Source: Spirochaetota bacterium
GTDB lineage: Bacteria; Spirochaetota; B62-G9; DRHN01
Length of the DNA: 49,619 nucleotides
Assembly (NCBI GenBank): GCA_011049595.1
Contig: DRHN01000500.1
Location: 1 to 49,619 of the forward strand
Direction of reading: 5' to 3'
Below, piece by piece: positions 16,714 to 24,496 of the stretch. The position numbers and the translations under genes are program-made. Each line of letters opens with the position of its first letter. Within the stretch, counting starts at the first letter, position 1. The notes beneath the pieces were generated by a model, which did no database searches, was not told the DNA's origin, and was given only the letters and a program-made list of their open reading frames with translations.

Positions 16714-17161
16714 CCTGGGAAGGTACCTTTTTTTGTGCTTCCTCTTTTTCCTTTTTGATCACCTCCTCAAGTTGAGGACCTGCCTGATAAGATTCTTCGA
16801 TTATATTACGTATCCCTTTCCTCTGTCCGCCGCTGATGGAAATTTCCCCTTCAACCACAACTCCATCTTCAATATTAACCTTGGGCGCCTTGATATTTCC
16901 TAAAACCCTGCCTGTCGATAGTAGAGATACTTCCTCATCTGCCTCGATATTACCGATAACAGTGCCCCCGACCGTTACTCTTTTCGCTGAAATGTCGGTT
17001 TTTACTTTCCCAGTCTCACCTACAATGAGATGCTCTTTTGTTCGGATGTCACCTTCAAACCTGCCGTCGATCTCGAGTGATCCGTTAATATAAAATTTAC
17101 CCTCAAAAATTGAGCCATCCCCTATAACACTGTTCAATTGCGAATCATTTTTTGATGCCAT
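16706..17161 (-). CDS. Bactofilin (polymer-forming cytoskeletal protein)
   Basis: Beta-helical repeat core GSIFEGKFYINGSLEIDGRFEGDI...GKVKTDISAKRVTVGGTVIGNI...GRVLGNIKAPKVNIEDG. Start set to ATG 17161 (MASKND), 7 nt after GGGGAGG. Charged C-terminal tail. Confidence 0.85.
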   Translation of the reverse strand: MASKNDSQLNSVIGDGSIFEGKFYINGSLEIDGRFEGDIRTKEHLIVGETGKVKTDISAKRVTVGGTVIGNIEADEEVSLLSTGRVLGNIKAPKVNIEDGVVVEGEISISGGQRKGIRNIIEESYQAGPQLEEVIKKEKEEAQKKVPSQDA

Positions 17162-17214
17162 TAAAAACCTCCCCGGCTTTATAAACATTCGGTAATATTT
17201 TAATAGTTATGAAA

Positions 17215-18414
17215 TTAAATTAAAATTTTCTTTTTTACAATGTTTTCAATATACTTCCAATCCAGTTCATTTATCTCCTGGAATTTTACACCGTATTCAA
17301 AAACATCTTCCTCTATTCTGTAAATGACACCTCTTGCTTCAACCACCCGTTCCGGAAAGGAAATAGACATCTGAACAATTGTGTCGTTAATAATATATTG
17401 CTTCAGCTCCGGTTTTTCGAGTTTAAACAACAGCCCGCCCGCACTTATATTGACCACGGGGATTTCATAACCGGCGCCGCTGTCAAGATGGAAATAGTCA
17501 TATTTCACAAGAGCCTCGACAAGGATGTCGGCATACCCTGCCGCTTTTAAAGCATAAACAGGTTTAATACTTCTGTGATAGTCGACGTCATTAATAAGCC
17601 TTATATATCCTGCGGTATCTCCTTCGATCATGAGAGGTATAAAACAGTCGGAAAAAATCCTCTGATTCCTCTTTTCCTGAAGAAGATCCAGAAGTTTCGA
17701 CTCCGCTATATTGCGTGGGTCTCCCGTTTTAATCAGATAATCAAGAGCGCTTCCGAAAGTCAATATTTCCTCATCAAGAAACCTTCTTTCGACGATGCTG
17801 TCCTCAAAAGAATCATAAATTAGAAATATTTTTTTTGTTTTTTTTATCAATTGCTCCTCAAGTGTATATTTTTGATCCGGTTTAAAGACTTTCAGACTGA
17901 ACTTCTGTGAATATTCAGATACAAGCTGTTTTATTCCACCAAGTATCTTATCGACCGCCGGTCTGGGTTTTTTAGCCTCCTGGTATATCACCCTCTCATC
18001 CAGCAAAGAAGACGTCTCAAAATCGTGTTTTACCGATTGTATCATAATCTTTACTTTCATAAACACTTTACCGAGAACATTGAACCTTGTGTACTTCCTT
18101 ATAAGATTTTTATTTATTATTTCAGGAAAAATGAGGAGAATGTGGTTCTCATCGAGCTGGCTGGCATTTGTATTGAAGTAATGATAATTATTGTGAAACG
18201 TAAAGTTTGTTTTCAGGTCATAACCAATTTCACCGATAAAAGGAGACATAACTTTAAGGGTAATTGTTTCATCGGTAAAACTCTCAATTACACCCGGGTA
18301 TTCGATCCCGTCTATCATGATGTTAAGAGGTTCTTTCATTTTCTTGAGCCTCTGAAAAATAAGGTTTTTTTCGAGATCACTTGTTACGACCATTTTTTTC
18401 GGCAGTTCACTCAT
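17215..18414 (-). CDS. PilZ-like domain protein (atypical; putative c-di-GMP receptor)
   Basis: C-terminal beta-barrel segment with NISAGG (D/NxSxxG). An RKYTR (RxxxR) motif exists but lies ~220 aa upstream. The ATG overlaps the stop of the upstream cyclase gene (ATGA, 18411-18414). Confidence 0.5.
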   Translation of the reverse strand: MSELPKKMVVTSDLEKNLIFQRLKKMKEPLNIMIDGIEYPGVIESFTDETITLKVMSPFIGEIGYDLKTNFTFHNNYHYFNTNASQLDENHILLIFPEIINKNLIRKYTRFNVLGKVFMKVKIMIQSVKHDFETSSLLDERVIYQEAKKPRPAVDKILGGIKQLVSEYSQKFSLKVFKPDQKYTLEEQLIKKTKKIFLIYDSFEDSIVERRFLDEEILTFGSALDYLIKTGDPRNIAESKLLDLLQEKRNQRIFSDCFIPLMIEGDTAGYIRLINDVDYHRSIKPVYALKAAGYADILVEALVKYDYFHLDSGAGYEIPVVNISAGGLLFKLEKPELKQYIINDTIVQMSISFPERVVEARGVIYRIEEDVFEYGVKFQEINELDWKYIENIVKKKILI

Positions 18415-20648
18415 CTGAAGGTTTCCTTTTTAGCTTTTTCTCTGATTCTTGCTTCAAGAATTTCCATATATATGTCCATGAGCTCCGGATCATATTTCTT
18501 ACCCGACCCCTCCTTCATAATTTCAATCGCCTTTGCCGCGGTAAAAGGGTTTCTAAACGGTCTTTTTGAGATCAAGGCGTTATAATTGTCGACAATACAT
18601 ACCACTCTTGCCCAGAGAGGTATCTCTACACCTTTCAGCCTGTCAGGATACCCGGATCCGTCCCAGAATTCGTGGTGATGTTTAACAAGTTCAACACCTT
18701 CTTTGAATAGATGGAGTTTCTTTTCAACATACTCGGCACCCCTGAGAACATGGCTTTTGATCAGATCAAACTCCTCGGGTGTCAGTTTTTCTTTTTTATT
18801 AAATACCCGTTCGTTTATCCCTATTCTGCCGACATCAATAAGCATGGCGGACGCCCTGAGCTTTGTCAGATCCTCACTGGACAATCCAAGTTTTACACCT
18901 ACCACCTCTACATCCTGTGCTACGTTAAGAAAATGACCGATTATGTAGGGTTCACGTTTTTCGACAACCCGGAGATACTTTCGCGCTATCATCTCCTTTA
19001 TTTCAAATACCTCGATCTGCTGTTCCCTGCCTTTAACAGCAAGAGAAGTGAGATAGTCCGCTTCGACCAGATACTTTACTTCATCAAAGACTTCCTTCGT
19101 TACCAGGATCTGCCCTTTTGCAGCCTGCCCCTCGAGACGAGATGCTGTGTTCACAGCATCCCCTATAACAGTGTAGTCCATTCTGTCAACTGATCCCATA
19201 TTTCCTGATATGACAAACCCGGTGTTGATCCCGATCCCTATTTCAACACGCTCCAGCCCCTCCTTGTCCCTCTTTGCATTTATAGCTTCTATGTACTCCT
19301 GCATTTCAACAGCAGAAAAAACAGCACGTTCGGTGTCGTTGTAGTGGGAGATCGGGGCGCCAAATACTGCCATGACACAATCACCCATGTACTTGTCAAG
19401 AGTACCCCCGTACTTAAAAACAACCCCGGTCAAACCTGAAAGATAGGTGTTCAGCAGGTCAACAACCTCTTCCGGCCTCATCTTTTCAGCCATTGTGGTA
19501 AATCCTCTTATATCAGCGAAAAGAACGGTTATTTTCCTTCGCTCGCCCCCGAGTTTTAATTTACCGGGATCAGAAAGGATCCCGTCAACAAGCTGATGAT
19601 CGACATACCTTGAAAAGGCATACCTGAGGTTGGTTAATTTCGAGGCTTCGATCGCCATGACCATCTGCTGAGCGATACCGTGTATTGAATCGAACACTTT
19701 TTGCGTGTAGGGTTTAAGATTGATTCTTTCACCCAGAGCCAAAATACCGACAACCTCATTTTTCAATAATAAAGGGACCAGGGTTTGAGTTTCAAGCTCC
19801 GACAATATATCTTTTTCTTCGACGGACAGCACATCCATCAGTTCCGAAACAAATATGTGTTTTTTTTTCCGTCTCAACTCCTGTACAAATATCAATTTTT
19901 CTGCGATTGTGACCTTATCGATCAACTTTTTTTCCAGGCCGCGGGAAGCCACGATAGAATACTCGGTGTTATTTTCATTCATGGATAAAAAAATCACCGC
20001 TGTTTTGCTCAAAGCTCTTCCCATTACATTTAGTAAAAAGGTGCCGAAAAAATCCTCCTTGCCCAATGATGTCAGATCACTACCCATACCGGTCAGCTCT
20101 TTCAACTCAAACGCCTTTCTTCTGAGCTCCTTCCCCTCTTTTTTACTTGTCTTTTGAGTGTTGAGGATGCATGCCATTCTTAAAACTACCGTGCTGCAGA
20201 CTGTAGAGAGAAAATCGATTTCCTCTTTATCGATCGCCCCCAGGATATCGCTTGCCCACAATATTGAAAAGTGGGTTATGGCTTGATCTCTTTTTTTTGG
20301 GATTATTAAAAAAGATGAGTTAAAATCAATGTTGTGTCCGCCGATTTTATCAACAAGGAACCTGACACCCCTTTGATCAATAACACTCCAGTCAAGTTTA
20401 TTGACCTCCGCGACAAACTTGGGCTGGAGAAAGAACGGCAGTATTTTCTGTACAGTATCATCGAGAACCGCTGACTCGTATACTTTGTTTACATCCAGAT
20501 CAATAAACGCGTACTGCACCTCATCACCAATCCCCTTTGAAATATGTTTCGAAACATAAGGCGGAATATCTTCAGGATCATTGATGCCGGATATCTCTCT
20601 TGCGACCCTTTCCACGATCGAAAGGTAGTTCGCTTGCTTTGTGTCCAT
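18411..20648 (-). CDS. GAF - class III adenylate cyclase - HD-GYP three-module signalling protein
   Basis: GAF-like end LVPLLLKNEVVGILALGE. Cyclase core VLFADIRGFTTMAE...LDKYMGD...DYTVIGDAVNTASRLE (Lys/Asp pair suggests ATP). HD-GYP: HHEFWDGSGYPDRL, but LIDVGRIG where LHDIGK is expected. Start set to ATG 20648 (MDTKQANY). The 76 upstream codons of the tracked ORF run through a promoter-like region and a 12-bp repeat. Confidence 0.85.
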   Translation of the reverse strand: MDTKQANYLSIVERVAREISGINDPEDIPPYVSKHISKGIGDEVQYAFIDLDVNKVYESAVLDDTVQKILPFFLQPKFVAEVNKLDWSVIDQRGVRFLVDKIGGHNIDFNSSFLIIPKKRDQAITHFSILWASDILGAIDKEEIDFLSTVCSTVVLRMACILNTQKTSKKEGKELRRKAFELKELTGMGSDLTSLGKEDFFGTFLLNVMGRALSKTAVIFLSMNENNTEYSIVASRGLEKKLIDKVTIAEKLIFVQELRRKKKHIFVSELMDVLSVEEKDILSELETQTLVPLLLKNEVVGILALGERINLKPYTQKVFDSIHGIAQQMVMAIEASKLTNLRYAFSRYVDHQLVDGILSDPGKLKLGGERRKITVLFADIRGFTTMAEKMRPEEVVDLLNTYLSGLTGVVFKYGGTLDKYMGDCVMAVFGAPISHYNDTERAVFSAVEMQEYIEAINAKRDKEGLERVEIGIGINTGFVISGNMGSVDRMDYTVIGDAVNTASRLEGQAAKGQILVTKEVFDEVKYLVEADYLTSLAVKGREQQIEVFEIKEMIARKYLRVVEKREPYIIGHFLNVAQDVEVVGVKLGLSSEDLTKLRASAMLIDVGRIGINERVFNKKEKLTPEEFDLIKSHVLRGAEYVEKKLHLFKEGVELVKHHHEFWDGSGYPDRLKGVEIPLWARVVCIVDNYNALISKRPFRNPFTAAKAIEIMKEGSGKKYDPELMDIYMEILEARIREKAKKETFR

Positions 20649-20700
20649 TTGATTGATACCCTTTGATAAATCCCCTTCAGAACATACTATCCGGTTGATA

Positions 20701-20728
20701 TTTATACAATTTATCGCTAAATATGCAA
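20701..20728 (-). promoter_or_regulatory. Candidate sigma70-type promoter of the cyclase gene
   Basis: Minus strand TTGCAT (20728-20723), 16-nt spacer, TATAAA (20706-20701), about 50 nt upstream of the ATG at 20648. Confidence 0.35.
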
Positions 20729-20772
20729 TATTGGTATAACTTATTGTTGCCTGTAAATATATTTGACGCAGA

Positions 20773-20808
20773 AATTGCAGATCAAATTGCAGATCAAATT
20801 GCAGATCA
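20773..20808. repeat. Perfect 12-bp direct repeat x3 (AATTGCAGATCA), each unit carrying a GATC
   Basis: Units at 20773, 20785 and 20797 are identical. They lie between the STAS stop (20888) and the cyclase start (20648), just upstream of the candidate -35. Confidence 0.9.
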
Positions 20809-20887
20809 ATATGAGGCAAAACCAATAGAAAATGCGCGCATTTACGCATATATGGAACATTTATTGTCAGGATCAAAAGAATAACAA

Positions 20888-21607
20888 CTATTTCTTATTT
20901 TTAATAGCAAGTTCAAAACGTTTCTGCCTGTCTAAAAGGTCCATTTCTTTTAATTCTTTTTTTACCGCTCCACCGCCGACTCTAAGACCGCCATACTGTG
21001 GTTCCTTGAGGGCTTTTATGATCTCTTTCAGATCGTAATAAGGATTGTCAACTATAACAGTGATTATTCTTTTCCCCAGGTCGCTTGATGCCGCTGAATC
21101 GGTCTCTGCTTCCGGTTTTCCCGCTTCAGGTGACGGCGAAGGTTCTTTTTTAATCTCCGGGGCAGACTGTGGCGCAGATGTTGGTCCTTTTGCTGTTTCC
21201 CGCGCCGTGACCTGAGGTTTCACGGGCCCCCGGCTTTCTTTTTGGCCCCCCTTCCCTGACAAACTGAGAATAGCATCTTCAATTGATTCGAAAGATTTTA
21301 AGATAGAAGAAAATTCCATCAGCTCATAGACATCAAATACATCAGATGACATGTTGACAAGCACAAGATCACCGTTGTTTTCCCGTATTTCCCTTATCTC
21401 ACTGACAAAAACCCCCCACCCCGCACTGCTCACATAATCTATATTTTCCAAATTTACAATTATTCTGTATTTATTGAGCGCTAACTGCTCCTCCAGCCTT
21501 TTCTCCAGATCAGGTGCAGTTGTTGTATCAATAAACCCGCGCGCAGAGATTATCGCAATCTCTTCATCTTTTCCTGTATATGTAACGTCTACCTGAATGT
21601 CTGCCAT
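20888..21607 (-). CDS. STAS-domain anti-sigma-antagonist-like protein with low-complexity linker and ~57-aa C-terminal module
   Basis: SpoIIAA-like core ARGFIDTTTAPDLEKRL...NLENIDYVSSAGWGVFV. Strong SD GGAGGTGG. Pro/Ser/Ala/Lys-rich linker, then RIITVIVDNPYYDLKEIIKALKEPQYGG... Confidence 0.8.
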   Translation of the reverse strand: MADIQVDVTYTGKDEEIAIISARGFIDTTTAPDLEKRLEEQLALNKYRIIVNLENIDYVSSAGWGVFVSEIREIRENNGDLVLVNMSSDVFDVYELMEFSSILKSFESIEDAILSLSGKGGQKESRGPVKPQVTARETAKGPTSAPQSAPEIKKEPSPSPEAGKPEAETDSAASSDLGKRIITVIVDNPYYDLKEIIKALKEPQYGGLRVGGGAVKKELKEMDLLDRQKRFELAIKNKK

Positions 21608-21701
21608 TCAAACCACCTCCGCTTTATACATTATAATTATTACTCACTCTAAAAATAAATTCAACTGAAAAACAAAAAAAAAATCACAAAATTTATTCCT
21701 T

Positions 21702-21846
21702 ATAATTAGTTCTTGGCACCACGCCGAATAAAACACGGAGTAGCCGTGCATGCCCGGCTTAATTAGTATTTTCACTTTAACCAAGTATTCTTAAGATTAG
21801 TCGCAGTGAAACGGCTCAATATTATTAATTAAGGTAATATAAACAC
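21702..21846. repeat. MITE-like intergenic element, copy B
   Basis: Shares ATAATTAGTTCTTG (21702-21715), TGCCCGGCTTAATTAGTATTTT (21751-21772) and downstream AT-rich blocks with copy A. It has a different, longer insert between the first two blocks. The right-hand inverted repeat is not evident. Confidence 0.55.
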
Positions 21847-21853
21847 TCCTCTA

Positions 21854-24232
21854 TCATTTGTATACAGCCCAGGAGGGCATCTTTCTTTTGGCGAAGGCCA
21901 CTCTCTTTCCCTTCGTGTCAAGCTTCATTCTGATGAGCTCCCGCCGTACGATACTCTCCTTTATTTTATGGCTGCCATATTCCCCGGTGCCCAATAATTT
22001 TGAGATCTTTCCGACGCCATAGTCCGGAAAGAAACGCACAATCTGAACGAGCGCTTTTATCTGGTCATCCGTCGCATGAGTGAGTTCGATCTTTTCCTCT
22101 TTTTCACCCGAATCAACTCTTAACCCCTCATCACCATCTCTTTCCCGCATCTCTTTCAGCACAAGATACTCTTCGTTGGATATACCTGTCTTCTCGAGCG
22201 CTTCCTCCAGAGGATCACCTTCTTCAAGATATTGAAACAGACTGAGCTTTTTTGAATATTTGATCTCGGCAAGACTCATCTCGAGTTTCAGCACAACAAA
22301 AGTAATGTCATCGGTTTGAGGGTACCCCTTGGTAAAAGTCGCGATTTCTTCGTTCAATCTCAATTTGAAGTCCGAAGCAGGCAGATGATTATACTTCTTG
22401 ATAAACTCTATGAGCCTTTTTTCCCCGTACTGCTCTCTTTTTTCATTCATAGCTTCAGTTATACCATCAGTATAAATAAAAAGAATGTCACCCTTTTTTA
22501 ATTTGAGCTTCTCGCTTGTTATCCTCTTGTTAAACTCCTCCGGGTCACCCAGGTCAATACCAACTGCTATCCCTCCCGGGTTTAAAAAACTCACTGATTT
22601 TGTCTCGTCCCTGTAAAGGATCATCGGGTTGTGACCCGCGCTTGCAAAATTCACTGACCTCTTTTTTGAATCCAGAATAACATAGAACATCGTGATATAC
22701 ATTCCCTTTCTAATATCGCCGATAGCAACCCTGTTCACCTTGTCCAGTACGTAGCTTGCCCTTTTGTTTCCCCTGGCCTCGAGCCTCATCGCAGTCCTGA
22801 TCATTGTCATGACCATTGAGCTGCCGATACCTTTACCGGAAACATCAGCGACTACTATCCCAATGGAGTTTTCATCCACTTCAAAAAAATCGTAATAATC
22901 CCCTCCTACCTCCAGAGCTGCCCTGTAGGCAGCGTCAATCTCAAACCCCTCGAGCTTGGGTACTTCTTTTGGTAAAAGTGCGTTCTGGATTTCCTGCGCT
23001 AGCTGCAGCTCTCTCCTCAATCTTGTCTGGTCGGTCAGCTGTCCCTGGGTGATTCTTAAATTCCTCATGATCTCATTAAAAGCTTCACCAATTCTGCTGA
23101 CTTCGGGGTTCCCGGCCTTCAATTTTAATTCCCGGGCCTGTCCCGTCATGCTTACCCTTGAGATTTCATCAGCAAGCTTACGGATCGGCACAATGAATGT
23201 CGAACCGATCACAAACACGCCGATTATGGTTGTGCTCCAGAAAAATATTGCGATGAAAGCAACACGCAGGCGCTGGGTCACCATATCGCTCACCTCGATA
23301 AATTTATCTTCCGGGATGCCCAGATGCACTTCCCCGAGCTTTAAATCTTTGTATTTTACGACAGCGACAAAATCATTGTATGTCTTTCTGTCCCTCCCAG
23401 TGTAGGTGAATACAACTACCGGCTCTTTTGCACTTAAGGGTCTTACCCCGGGCGGTCTGTTATAAGTGCTGAAGATCTGTTTTACATCGGTATGAGCAAC
23501 GATACGTTCATTAGAGTCTGTTATTATTACATATTCAAGCGGCGCTTCGCTCTGTTTTATCGAAGAAACAAGATTTGCGAGTGCCAGATCATCACCCTTC
23601 AGGATAATGTCCAGTGATGTTGCCGCGACCTGACCGGTTACCGACTTATATCTGTCGATAAATTTGTCCCTGATGGTCCTGACCTGGTACCTGGTCCCGA
23701 AATTATACAGGACAACTACCAGGAATGTTATCAGCGCAACCGCATAAAGCGCAAACCTTACCCTGATCGAGACCCTTTGTTTCAAACCCCCCAGCATACC
23801 AGGTGCACCAAGGGTCTCCAGGTAAACTTTCATGGAAAGTATATTTGTTCCTTCAACCCGGCTGTATTCAACTTCATCGATCAGTTTTTTGATAAGCCAG
23901 ATCCCGAGCCCGCCTTTTCTTCTTGTTTCAACGTACTTGTAAAGATCAGGTTCAAGGACCGAGTGCCAGTCGAATGCGACGCCCTGATCTTTTATTTTAA
24001 TCACTACCGAATCCTCCTGCCGGATCATCTCTACCTGGAAACCGCCTTTTTTACCTTCATACGCGTGTCTGATAATGTTCGACACAGCTTCATCAACACC
24101 GAGTTTCACTTCACTTACCTGTTTTAGCGTAAGGCGCATTTTTCGTCCGTATTTTATGACAAAGTTACGGACCCTGAGCAGATTTTTACCTTCGGCGCTG
24201 AGACTTAATTTTTTTGATTTTCCAGTCTTCAT
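21854..24232 (-). CDS. Fusion protein: RsbW/SpoIIAB-type Ser kinase (HATPase) - 2 TM sensor loop - HAMP - SpoIIE/PP2C phosphatase - C-terminal ~57-aa module
   Basis: N-box EAVSNIIRHA, DQGVAFD, GGLGIWLI. TM segments ALYAVALITFLVVVLY and AFIAIFFWSTTIIGVFVIG. HAMP PIRKLADEISRV. PP2C EVGGDYYDF, ADVSGKGIGSS, ASAGHNP, YTDGITEA, DDITFVVL. Confidence 0.85.
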   Translation of the reverse strand: MKTGKSKKLSLSAEGKNLLRVRNFVIKYGRKMRLTLKQVSEVKLGVDEAVSNIIRHAYEGKKGGFQVEMIRQEDSVVIKIKDQGVAFDWHSVLEPDLYKYVETRRKGGLGIWLIKKLIDEVEYSRVEGTNILSMKVYLETLGAPGMLGGLKQRVSIRVRFALYAVALITFLVVVLYNFGTRYQVRTIRDKFIDRYKSVTGQVAATSLDIILKGDDLALANLVSSIKQSEAPLEYVIITDSNERIVAHTDVKQIFSTYNRPPGVRPLSAKEPVVVFTYTGRDRKTYNDFVAVVKYKDLKLGEVHLGIPEDKFIEVSDMVTQRLRVAFIAIFFWSTTIIGVFVIGSTFIVPIRKLADEISRVSMTGQARELKLKAGNPEVSRIGEAFNEIMRNLRITQGQLTDQTRLRRELQLAQEIQNALLPKEVPKLEGFEIDAAYRAALEVGGDYYDFFEVDENSIGIVVADVSGKGIGSSMVMTMIRTAMRLEARGNKRASYVLDKVNRVAIGDIRKGMYITMFYVILDSKKRSVNFASAGHNPMILYRDETKSVSFLNPGGIAVGIDLGDPEEFNKRITSEKLKLKKGDILFIYTDGITEAMNEKREQYGEKRLIEFIKKYNHLPASDFKLRLNEEIATFTKGYPQTDDITFVVLKLEMSLAEIKYSKKLSLFQYLEEGDPLEEALEKTGISNEEYLVLKEMRERDGDEGLRVDSGEKEEKIELTHATDDQIKALVQIVRFFPDYGVGKISKLLGTGEYGSHKIKESIVRRELIRMKLDTKGKRVAFAKRKMPSWAVYK

Positions 24233-24496
24233 CGTTTTTGTCAGAGAAACTTAAAAAATTCACTCTAATCTATTTTGGATCAGGAGTAAAAAAAAAGTGT
24301 TCGCGCTACTATTATCGACCGTTCACATACCCGATTTGACTTATTAGTTGCCCGCGCTGACTTCCCAAACCTTGTTCACGCCAGGCTGCTCAAAGCCGAA
24401 ATCTGCCTCCGAACAAGCGGCTTACACGTTGACACAGCACTGTATCAGTTTACTTACAAAATGAATAACTGTAACAAAATAATCAACCAAAAATGA

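Noticed and set aside
20649-20876. 76-codon N-terminal extension of the cyclase ORF (includes DLQFDLQFDLQF).
   Set aside because: The extension runs through an AT-rich promoter-like segment and the 12-bp x3 DNA repeat. A better start (ATG 20648, MDTKQANY) follows. The peptide repeat is simply the translation of the DNA repeat.
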